From positions 6,428-70,427 of the forward strand of contig DATHMN010000056.1 of NCBI GenBank assembly GCA_035487135.1: 64,000 nt of DNA. Direction: 5' to 3'. This document shows positions 27,907-36,190 of this stretch, piece by piece; within the stretch, counting starts at the first letter, position 1, and the number at the start of each line of letters is the position of its first letter. Origin of the DNA: Steroidobacteraceae bacterium. GTDB taxonomy: Bacteria > Pseudomonadota > Gammaproteobacteria > Steroidobacterales > Steroidobacteraceae. A program made the position numbers and the translations under genes. The notes under the pieces are model-generated. The model was not told where the DNA came from and made no database searches. It saw only the letters and a list, made by a program, of their open reading frames with translations.

Positions 27907-28755
27907 CTAGTCCGCGAGAAAGGCGTCAATGGCGCCCAGGGCTTCGGGTTCGTCGAGCAACGGCACGTGGCCGCGCTGTCGGACCGTCACGGCCCGCAAG
28001 TCGGGCTTTTCGCGCTGCATGCGGGCGAGCGTCGCGGCACTGAGAACGTCCGACAGCTCCCCGCGCAAAGCCAGAATGGGCGTGCCTATCAGCGCGCTCC
28101 ACAGCGGCCAGAGATTCGGCGCGGCGTTGGCGGCATTACGGATGACGTCACCGATCGCTGGATCGGCGTCCGCGTGCAGCAGACCGGCGCCATCAGCGCG
28201 GTATGACCGCCGCGCCAGCTGCTGCCATCGCTGCTCGGACAAGCCGACCCATGCGGCGCCGAATACGCGGCGCAGCTGTTCAGCGGCCTCCGGCCAGCTG
28301 CTCACCTGCGGTGCGCGTCCGGCGTAGGCGCGAATGCGCTCAAGCCCGATCGGGTCCACCTCCGGACCGACGTCGTTCAGCACGATGCGGGAAACCAGCC
28401 GCGGCTGCGTCGCGGCCATCACCATCGCCATGATGCCACCCATCGATGTGCCGACGATCGCCACCGGCGCCGCGCCGAGTCCCGCCAGCAATGGCAACAG
28501 ATCTGCGATATAGGTAGCAATCTGATAGTTGGCAGTCGTCCCGTCGCGAGCCGACAAACCGCGACCGCGGACGTCGGGCACCACGACCCGGTAGCGTGAG
28601 GCCAGATGTGGCGCCAGCTCCTCAAAGTCGCGGCCGTTGCGCGTGAGTCCGTGCAGGCACAGCACGACCGGTACCGAGGATGAGGGCCCGGGATACACGC
28701 GAGCGAACAAACGCAATCCATCTGCTGCCTGAAACCAATATTCGCCGGCGCTCAT
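27907..28755 (-). CDS. alpha/beta hydrolase
   Basis: VLCLHGLTRNGRDFE. Nucleophile elbow GTSMGG. C-terminal GHVPLLDEP. Confidence 0.85.
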   Translation of the reverse strand: MSAGEYWFQAADGLRLFARVYPGPSSSVPVVLCLHGLTRNGRDFEELAPHLASRYRVVVPDVRGRGLSARDGTTANYQIATYIADLLPLLAGLGAAPVAIVGTSMGGIMAMVMAATQPRLVSRIVLNDVGPEVDPIGLERIRAYAGRAPQVSSWPEAAEQLRRVFGAAWVGLSEQRWQQLARRSYRADGAGLLHADADPAIGDVIRNAANAAPNLWPLWSALIGTPILALRGELSDVLSAATLARMQREKPDLRAVTVRQRGHVPLLDEPEALGAIDAFLAD

Positions 28756-28919
28756 TGGCCCTCCTGCCTAATCCGCGCGATCCGCGACTTCATCGCGCAG
28801 TCCGCGCTCAAGAATGTTGGCCGTCGGTGCGCGACGGTAGCGAGGTCGTAAGCGTCTTCCGCGTCTGGGGGGACCCTCCGGTTGCAACCCGAGCGGTCGC
28901 AGACCGATGCGCTTGGCAT

Positions 28920-29696
28920 CTAGCTGGCCGCCAGCCGCCGCGACACTGCCGCGGAGCCGCCGCGATGCAGCCGGTAAATATCCCTCGCCCAGTGCGCGGC
29001 CGGATGCTGCAGAAGCGCGGCGCGGTAGTCCTGCAGATACGGCGGCAGCTCCACGTTCAGTGGGTATTGGATCTCGGGTGGCTGCAGCAGTACCCCCAGC
29101 ATCGCCGCCGCTGTCAGGTCGGCGATCGTGAACACATCGCCGACGAGATACGCGCGGCCCTGACGCTCCTGCTCAATCCGGTCGAGCGCTGCGTTCACGC
29201 CGACACGATCGGCCTCAAGTTTCACGTCGCGGATCTTGTGACGGAAACGATAATACGCCGGGAAGACCCGTCCGAGCGGTCGCAGCGTCTGGTAGGCCTT
29301 GTCCGGCATGCCAGTCGTCAGCACGCGCAGTGCGATATCCGGATCGTGGCGGAACAGCGGCGTGACGATGGCGGCCCGCAGGGCCGGTCCGAACTGCTCG
29401 TCGAAATAGTCTTCCAGCGCGAGCGCGCGCTGCTGCGCAACGACGTCACCGGGATAGAGTGACGGCTCGCAATAGCGCTGTTCGAGTGCGGCGATGATGT
29501 GGGTCGAATCGCCGATCGCGCGACCCTCCAAAAACAGGATGGGCAGGGTGCCGCGCCCCGTCGCGCGCCAGGCGCGAATCAGGTAGTCAGGGCCGAGCAC
29601 CTGACGGTGGTGCGCGATGCGCTTGTAGTCGAGTGCCCAGCGGGCCTTCTCGCTGTAGTGCGAGAGCGGAATGTGCCACAGCAGGGGCGTGTCCAC
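28920..29696 (-). CDS. glutathione S-transferase family protein
   Basis: Thioredoxin-like N-domain (LWHIPLSHYSEKARWALDYK...LPILFLEGRAIGDSTHII) and a helical C-domain. Confidence 0.8.
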   Translation of the reverse strand: MDTPLLWHIPLSHYSEKARWALDYKRIAHHRQVLGPDYLIRAWRATGRGTLPILFLEGRAIGDSTHIIAALEQRYCEPSLYPGDVVAQQRALALEDYFDEQFGPALRAAIVTPLFRHDPDIALRVLTTGMPDKAYQTLRPLGRVFPAYYRFRHKIRDVKLEADRVGVNAALDRIEQERQGRAYLVGDVFTIADLTAAAMLGVLLQPPEIQYPLNVELPPYLQDYRAALLQHPAAHWARDIYRLHRGGSAAVSRRLAAS

Positions 29697-29843
29697 AGCG
29701 GCCTCCCCGTTCAGGTTTCTACCTCAGCCACGGTCCGGAGCGCAGGGTCGGCTAAGCGCCACATCCACTGTTCCCGCCTCCCTGGTTTTTCAAGCTCAGC
29801 GCCAGGTGCAACCACAAATAATGTTGCCAACCACGCTCGTGTG

Positions 29844-30728
29844 TCACATCCGGTGCGCCTCGGCAGCGTGGTCAAACACTTTGGCGATCTGGTCGAAATC
29901 AATTCGGAGCGTCGACTGGATCAACACGAAGTCTTTCGGTCGGACCCGCATCTGCTCGATCTCCTCGGCAAGACGGGCGCTATCTTCCGGGAATCGAATG
30001 GAATGGTGCAGGTCGTCGGGATTGCATTCGACCAAACGATAGCCTGCGCCGCCTTCCACCACCGTCGCCGCATAGCCGAGAAGGTTGTATTCGGACGGAC
30101 GTGGCTGCGCGAGAAACCGACGCACCCAGGTAGAACGCTTGCGCCGCTTGAACTCCGCAAACAAGCTGAGCGCGCTTGATTTCCTGAAGCACGCGGGAGA
30201 GAAAACGTAATCGTACAGCTCCGTGATCCGATGCAACGGATTACCAAGAATCTCGTGTGTGGAAATGTCGAAATCGAGAGCTTCGGCATCCACTGCTCGG
30301 CGCCGAAAGAGCTTTAGGTGGTCGTCCAAGTAGAAATAATCCGGACGCAGCCGACGACAGAAAAAGACATCCGAATCGAAGAATGCGGCCGCCTCGTACT
30401 GGCAGTCGGCCAAAGCATAAATCTTCATCAGTTGCTGGGCATACCACCCCTTGATGAGGCGCGGGTGCAACCATTTGCCGGTAAACCATCTGGGACCGGA
30501 CTTCCTCCGGCGCTGCTCGACCGATCGCGGCAGGACCTCGGAGGACTTGATGATCTCCAAATTGGTATCGGCGCGAAAGCGATCGCGAAACTCATGCCAA
30601 TCCTCGCTGTTGACGATCGCAATGTGCGGAAAGTCAGGCGCGAAAAGCCTGATGGACCGTCTGAGCAACGAGAATTGCTGAATATCGCGGTCGTAGGTGG
30701 GCGTAATGATGCAAATCGTCTTGGGCAT
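29844..30728 (-). CDS. hypothetical protein with a glycosyltransferase-like N-terminus; compositionally atypical
   Basis: Best start is MPKTICIITPTYDRD (ATG 30728). Spot counts of two 60-nt lines gave about 52-53% G+C, against more than 60% in flanking genes. The tracked 402-aa ORF is an extension. Confidence 0.6.
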   Translation of the reverse strand: MPKTICIITPTYDRDIQQFSLLRRSIRLFAPDFPHIAIVNSEDWHEFRDRFRADTNLEIIKSSEVLPRSVEQRRRKSGPRWFTGKWLHPRLIKGWYAQQLMKIYALADCQYEAAAFFDSDVFFCRRLRPDYFYLDDHLKLFRRRAVDAEALDFDISTHEILGNPLHRITELYDYVFSPACFRKSSALSLFAEFKRRKRSTWVRRFLAQPRPSEYNLLGYAATVVEGGAGYRLVECNPDDLHHSIRFPEDSARLAEEIEQMRVRPKDFVLIQSTLRIDFDQIAKVFDHAAEAHRM

Positions 30729-31172
30729 TGTGCTCGCCGGTCTTGCACCGTGCTGCCTATGATATCGGACGGCGATGGCATCTAGAGTCTGCATCGCTGT
30801 GGACCAAAATCCGCGAAGCCGCGTGGCATTGCCTAGGGCGGTGGGGCCTGCCGTTGCAGCCGTTCTCGAATCCACAATGGCCCTCGCTCCTGGCCATATT
30901 AATCGCGTCAGCGCAATGCGCACCCGCTCGATTGGCTTGCCCCCGGGCTCGCCGCGATCGCGTGCAGACAATCTCTCGAAGGCTCCACACGGTGCTCCTG
31001 CATGCATTGCTGAGGTCGGGCATCGTTCCTGAGTGCCTCTGCCACTTCGCAAGCGCGGGAGCTAGGAGGTGGCCCCACGCGCCGCGGCCAGCGAGAGTAA
31101 CGGGTGAGAACCGAGGCACCCGAGGAAACGGCCTGATCCAAATGCAGAAGTACCGTAATCATCTGTTTTTAT

Positions 31173-31248
31173 TGGCGTCCCCAAGGGGATTCGAACCCCT
31201 GTTACCGCCGTGAAAGGGCGATGTCCTGGGCCTCTAGACGATGGGGAC
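31173..31248 (-). tRNA. tRNA-Glu (UUC)
   Basis: GUCCCCAUCGUCUAGAGGCCCAGGACAUCGCCCUUUCACGGCGGUAACAGGGGUUCGAAUCCCCUUGGGGACGCCA. Folds as a cloverleaf and is near-identical to enterobacterial tRNA-Glu. Confidence 0.97.
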
Positions 31249-31305
31249 GAGGACTCAAGCGATCGTGCCGCGGGCTGCAGCTTCCCCGCAATCGGGCGCG
31301 CAAGG

Positions 31306-32610
31306 TTACACGTCCGGTGGCCGGTCGACAATGGTCGGGATTGCCAGCGACTGCTGCCGTTTCGGCAGCCCGCGCAGCAGCACCACGACCGCACTTCCGG
31401 CAATGAGTGATTCGAGAAAAAGAGCCGGGTACATGTAGCGGATATCGTGCTCCAAAACCAGGTAGACGAGCAGGTATCCGCCTATCGCTGCAGCAAGACA
31501 ACGGATGCCGATCCGATAGCGTGAGCGCCACAAGATGAAACAACCCACGATTGAGGCCAGCGTGCTCACTCCGGCAACGGCGCGCTGATATACGCGTCGT
31601 GAAAAGGGCAGCAGCATGTAGCCGAGGCGCTCGGCGACAAGCTGGATAAAGCGCGCTGGCTTGGCTTCGATCGAAGCGAGCGTCGCCCTCTCCAGACTGC
31701 GGTTATAACCGACCTCACCCAAGTCCCGCACCCGCTCAGCGGAGGCAATCGAACTCGCGGGGTGCTGCAGCAGCGTACCGCCGATTCTCCTATTGCCCTC
31801 CATGGTTGCTTGCGCGTTGGGGCCGTTCGACATGGCAAACTCGATCCCGAAGTTATCGCGCATGAAAAACCAAGTCCCGAAGGTGTGGTAGTTGCGCAGT
31901 GTGTACGGTGCTACTACAAGTGCCAGTGCCAGCACCCCGCCCAGCAGCACGCCGCACACGCGGGGAATATTCCAGCGCCGCGCGACCGCGCCCGCCAGAG
32001 TTCCGAACACGACAAATGGAAGTGCCGTGGGCGCCACGTAAGCGGCGATGCCCGTGCCGAGTCCCAGGTTGGCACCCATGGAAAACGTTGGCGCAGGCGT
32101 CCGGACGGTCCGGCCCAACAATGCCGTCAGCCCCAGCAACGACGCCACGATGAACGGTGTTTCGTGCTCCGGGCTCAGCTCAATCCAGGCGAAGAAAGGG
32201 AATACCCACAGCAGAGCGCTAATTGCGCCTGCGCCGCGCGGCAAGCCGAGAGCGCGCGAGACTGGAAGAAGCGCTGCGATATTGCACGAGCTAACCAGAG
32301 CGAGAATGATCGACAGCGTGACCATGCAGGTCGCCTCGCTCGGCGTCAGCAAGCGCACCATCGCCGCGAGAGCCGGATAGGCCGGCGCCACATGAGCGGT
32401 GGGTCCCGTCGGCAGCGCAAAGGGATCAGCCAAGTAGCCGCTGCGTGCCAAGGTGAACGCGGCCTTCAGGTCCTCCGCATGTTTGGCGGGGTCACGAGCC
32501 CGCAGCCAAACCGCAGGCAACCGCAGTAACAATGCAGCCAAGAGCAAGTGCCAGGGCCGCAGTCGGGCCGCTAATCGCAACACAAGAAACTGTGAGCGAC
32601 GCAGCTCCAT
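31306..32610 (-). CDS. polytopic membrane protein, GT-C/ArnT-like or O-antigen-polymerase-like (uncertain)
   Basis: About 434 aa from MELRRSQFLVLRL. About 10 hydrophobic helices with a soluble loop/domain near the C-terminus. Lies between two tRNA genes. Confidence 0.55.
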   Translation of the reverse strand: MELRRSQFLVLRLAARLRPWHLLLAALLLRLPAVWLRARDPAKHAEDLKAAFTLARSGYLADPFALPTGPTAHVAPAYPALAAMVRLLTPSEATCMVTLSIILALVSSCNIAALLPVSRALGLPRGAGAISALLWVFPFFAWIELSPEHETPFIVASLLGLTALLGRTVRTPAPTFSMGANLGLGTGIAAYVAPTALPFVVFGTLAGAVARRWNIPRVCGVLLGGVLALALVVAPYTLRNYHTFGTWFFMRDNFGIEFAMSNGPNAQATMEGNRRIGGTLLQHPASSIASAERVRDLGEVGYNRSLERATLASIEAKPARFIQLVAERLGYMLLPFSRRVYQRAVAGVSTLASIVGCFILWRSRYRIGIRCLAAAIGGYLLVYLVLEHDIRYMYPALFLESLIAGSAVVVLLRGLPKRQQSLAIPTIVDRPPDV

Positions 32611-33107
32611 GGTCCCACCTGCATGCTGGAAGTGATGCCGCACGACGGACGGACCAACCCGTCCCGCAATGATTATAGGAGTCATCGAACAAGTCAGCCC
32701 CTGTCTCAGCGCCGCGACGAACCGCGCCCTCGCAGCGCACAACTGCGCGTGCTCACGCCTAAGATCAAGAACTCCTGCAGCCAGCCGCACGTTTTCCAGT
32801 CATCGCTCCACGGATCGATGGAGGTCACGTTCTTCATGCTCGCGGAAAGGCAGTGGCATCGGGGCGCCAGCGAGGTCCATGAAAGCGCTCGAAGCGGCGT
32901 ACTGATCAGTTGCAGTGGCGCGACCGGCCAGGGACGCAAACACACAGGGCGACCGAGCTACGGAACAAGCTTCCAGGCAGTCGGCTGAGCGCGACGGGGG
33001 TCTACGCGTGTTGCGAGGGGGTTCGAGCCGAATTGCGCGCACTCCCGGTGCGTGCAGGTTCAGGGGTTTAGGCCGTTCGTGCCCGGCTAAACCGTTGTTT
33101 TTGTTAT

Positions 33108-33183
<76 letters not shown>

Positions 33184-33223
33184 ACGCGAAGCCGCGGCAA
33201 GCTACGCAGCCCACCGAACGTTG

Positions 33224-34630
33224 TCAAGCGGCGCCGGCAGCCGGCAGCGCCAATGCGGCGTCGATCCGTGCGAGCGTGCGCTCGCGGCCCAGCAGCGCCA
33301 GGGTCGCATCAATCGGTGGCGACACCGCGGTTCCGGTCACCGCCACGCGCACCGGTTGCGCAATCTTTCCAAGGCCGGTTTGCGCCTCGGCCGCCAAAGC
33401 GTTCAGAGCGGAGTGAATTGCGTCGGTGTTCCAGTCAGGTAGCCCGTGCAGTCGCTCACGCACCTTCGTCAAGGTGTTGAGGCCGTCGGCGCTCAAGTGT
33501 TTGGCCACCGCTTTCGGATCGAGCTCGATCCGGTCGACGAAGAAGAAGCGACTGTTGCCGGCCATTTCTTTCAGCGTCTTGGCGCGCTCACGCTGCGCGA
33601 TGATCACGCCCTCGAGCAAGGGCTGATCCTCGCTGTCGCATCCCAAACGCCGCAGCTGCGCTCTGAGAAATGGAACCAGTGCCGCGGGCGCAGAGCGCAC
33701 CATGTGCTGCTGATTCAGCCACAGTAACTTCTCGGGATTGAAGGCGGAGGCCGCTTTATTGACGTCGTGTATGTCGAAATCAGCAACCATCTGCTCGCGG
33801 GTGAACACCTCCTGATCCCCGTGGGACCAGCCCAGGCGCACCAGATAGTTGAGGAGTGCATCCGGCAGAAATCCCTCTTCCTGGTACTGCAGCACACTGA
33901 CGGCGCCATGCCGCTTGGACAGCTTCGCGCCATCGGGTCCCAAGATCATGGGCACATGTGCGTACGCCGGCGGCTTCGCGCCGAGCGCCAGCAGCATGTT
34001 GATCTGCCGCGGGGTGTTGTTCAGATGGTCATCTCCGCGGATCACATGCGTGATGCCCATATCCATGTCGTCGACGACGACCGAGAAATTATAGGTCGGC
34101 GTTCCATCTGAGCGCGCGATGATGAGATCGTCGAGCTCAGCGTTCTGGAACGTCACCGCGCCGTGCACCAGGTCCTGTACCACCACCGTACCGTCGAGCG
34201 GGTTGCGGAAGCGCACCACGGGGTCGATCCCCGGACGTGGCTCGGCGCGCTCGCGGCAGATACCCGTATAGCGCGGCTTCTCTTTACGCGCGATCTGCTG
34301 TTCGCGCAGCGCGTCTAGCTCCGCTTTGGTGCAGTAACACCGGTAAGCCGTTCCGGCGCGGAGCATGCCGGCGAGCACCTCTCTGTGACGGTCGAATCGT
34401 TGCGCCTGGAAATATGGACCCTCGTCGGCCTTGAGCCCGAGCCAGTCCATTCCCTCGAGAATGACCCCAACTGCCTCCTCGGTTGAGCGTTCGCGGTCCG
34501 TATCCTCCACGCGCAGGATGAACTTACCGCCCATATGACGCGCATACAGCCAACTGAACAGTGCCGTGCGGACCCCGCCGACATGCAGCATGCCGGTTGG
34601 ACTCGGAGCGAATCGCGTGATGACGGTCAT
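33224..34630 (-). CDS. gltX: glutamate--tRNA ligase
   Basis: MTVITRFAPSPTGMLHVGGVRTALF (HIGH-type motif) and GAKLSKRHG (KMSKS). 468 aa from ATG 34630; the tracked 532-aa ORF is an extension. Confidence 0.95.
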   Translation of the reverse strand: MTVITRFAPSPTGMLHVGGVRTALFSWLYARHMGGKFILRVEDTDRERSTEEAVGVILEGMDWLGLKADEGPYFQAQRFDRHREVLAGMLRAGTAYRCYCTKAELDALREQQIARKEKPRYTGICRERAEPRPGIDPVVRFRNPLDGTVVVQDLVHGAVTFQNAELDDLIIARSDGTPTYNFSVVVDDMDMGITHVIRGDDHLNNTPRQINMLLALGAKPPAYAHVPMILGPDGAKLSKRHGAVSVLQYQEEGFLPDALLNYLVRLGWSHGDQEVFTREQMVADFDIHDVNKAASAFNPEKLLWLNQQHMVRSAPAALVPFLRAQLRRLGCDSEDQPLLEGVIIAQRERAKTLKEMAGNSRFFFVDRIELDPKAVAKHLSADGLNTLTKVRERLHGLPDWNTDAIHSALNALAAEAQTGLGKIAQPVRVAVTGTAVSPPIDATLALLGRERTLARIDAALALPAAGAA

Positions 34631-34824
34631 GGCGGAGATCGATCCAAGCTGCTCAAGGGGCGGCGATGTTACCAAGGCCGGGCGCCCGGTGCCGCGCGCG
34701 ACTGGCAAAGTGGCTCCAGAGACAGAGCGTCGTCTGCCAACCACAGAGGGTGGGACCGCGAAGTCGTAGCGACGATTTGCCTTCGCCCGGGGGCGCCGAT
34801 AGACTTCCCGTCCCCAAAACACAG

Positions 34825-34899
34825 GGGCGGTTAGCTCAGCGGTAGAGCACTGCTTTCACACGGCAGGGGCCACTGGTTCGATCCCAGTACCGCCCACCA
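34825..34899 (+). tRNA. tRNA-Val (CAC)
   Basis: GGGCGGUUAGCUCAGCGGUAGAGCACUGCUUUCACACGGCAGGGGCCACUGGUUCGAUCCCAGUACCGCCCACCA. Cloverleaf with anticodon loop UUCACAC. Confidence 0.95.
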
Positions 34900-34907
34900 T
34901 TTCTGTA

Positions 34908-35189
34908 TCAAGCCGCGCGCGGCGCGTCCGTCAGTTCAATAGCGAGTCGCTTACCCACGGCGGTCGCGCCCTTCTGGACGGTCTCGAGCAGGACGTGTGG
35001 ATTCTCTGGGTTGAGGAGACGCTCAAGCTGGCTGCGGCTGGTGCCCATCCGCTTTGCCACCTCGCTCTTGCTGATGCGCCCTGCCTCATCGCTTCACTGC
35101 CTTCGCAGGACAACCCGCTTCCACGCAAGCGTTGTCACTTCCTCGTAAGGCCCCTGCGTCCGCAGAAACTCATCGAACCAAGAGCCCAC
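34908..35189 (-). pseudogene. HigA-like HTH antitoxin with an in-frame TGA
   Basis: Own translation from GTG 35189: GSWFDEFLRTQGPYEEVTTLAWKRVVLRRQ*SDEAGRISKSEVAKRMGTSRSQLERLLNPENPHVLLETVQKGATAVGKRLAIELTDAPRAA. The TGA is at 35094-35096. The gene ends 9 nt from the tRNA-Val 3' end. Confidence 0.7.
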
Positions 35190-35193
35190 ATGC

Positions 35194-35328
35194 CTATTTC
35201 GCCGATTTGCCACCTTCAACCTCCTTGTGCCGCTTCACAGCGAGGTTCAAATCGTTCTCGGGCGTCTGATGTGTCTTCTTGATGAACCCCTGCGGGAGCA
35301 CCATCTGTCCTTGAACAGGACCTGGTGC
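35194..35328 (-). pseudogene. 3' remnant of a Gp49/HigB-type (RelE/ParE superfamily) toxin gene
   Basis: ...GQMVLPQGFIKKTHQTPENDLNLAVKRHKEVEGGKSAK* matches the family's C-terminal (hydrophobic)-L-H-G-F-x-K-K-T-Q-K-T-P consensus as recalled. The reading frame is closed by TGA at 35329-35331 and the N-terminal about 60 aa are missing. Confidence 0.65.
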
Positions 35329-35344
35329 TCAGTTGGATCGGGTC

Positions 35345-35821
35345 TTACGAGCCACAGCGCAACTGAACCTGCCAATCGTGCATGTTACTGGCCTCATCCG
35401 TAGCACCGGCCTCGACGTAGCCAAGATGGGCGACCTGAAGAAGGTGGCACAGCTCGCCCTGAGTAGCTCCAGACTTCTTGGCAGTCATAAACTTCTCGAA
35501 GTATTCGTTCGCTGCCAAGGCTTCTGGCTTCGAGAACGCTTCCTCCTCAGCTCTCTCATGCGAATCCCCCCCTTTTGCCTGGTACTCAGCTTCGGCTTTC
35601 TCGGCCGAAGACGCACACTCAGCATCGTTAGCCTTGCAGCCCCACTTAGAAGCTGCTGACTTCACCGGCTGGACCACCGGCTTCGAAGTCGCTTGCGACG
35701 CCGACTGAGCCAACGGCTTCGGCTTATCGTCCTGCATGACCGCCAGGCCGATGAACGCGATTAATCCGCCCATCATTACACCCGCGAAAATCTTGACGGG
35801 CAATCCAACTTTCGTGCTCAC
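35345..35821 (-). CDS. hypothetical membrane-anchored protein
   Basis: 158-aa ORF. N-terminal TM helix (IFAGVMMGGLIAFIGLAVM), then a low-complexity linker and a small C-terminal domain. Lower G+C. Confidence 0.5.
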   Translation of the reverse strand: MSTKVGLPVKIFAGVMMGGLIAFIGLAVMQDDKPKPLAQSASQATSKPVVQPVKSAASKWGCKANDAECASSAEKAEAEYQAKGGDSHERAEEEAFSKPEALAANEYFEKFMTAKKSGATQGELCHLLQVAHLGYVEAGATDEASNMHDWQVQLRCGS

Positions 35822-36190
35822 GACTTACACCGCTTGACGTTGAAGCATCATGGGGACCGGACGACGTTCGAGGATGGCGAGTCGGGTCCGCCTACACCTG
35901 CAATTGAGATCTACATTACGGATTAGATGAGCGTGCTCTACGAACTGGAGCACGGTTTGATTAAGTATCCGTAGTTTGCCCGCAAAGTACTGACACTTGT
36001 CTGGGTCCGACTATCCGCTTCAGTCATCCTGACTGGCTGCTTTGGAGGATCGCCAATGTGTCTTGCAGAGATGCGGCCGGCCAACGACACGCTCTCGTGG
36101 AGCATTATCCGTTTGCGGTCGCCTTGATTTCCCCGAAGCCAGCTGCTGCTCTTTAAAGAGCCCAACAACAGTGCTGCATGGTGCCACTCC

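Noticed and set aside
33016-33029. GGGGGTTCGAGCC, a T-arm-like string suggesting a third tRNA or tRNA fragment near tRNA-Ala.
   Set aside because: The downstream sequence cannot complete the T-stem or an acceptor stem, and no cloverleaf can be drawn.
35094-35096. Reading the in-frame TGA of the HigA-like gene as selenocysteine or programmed read-through.
   Set aside because: No SECIS-like hairpin is evident and the partner toxin is truncated. Decay is the simpler explanation.
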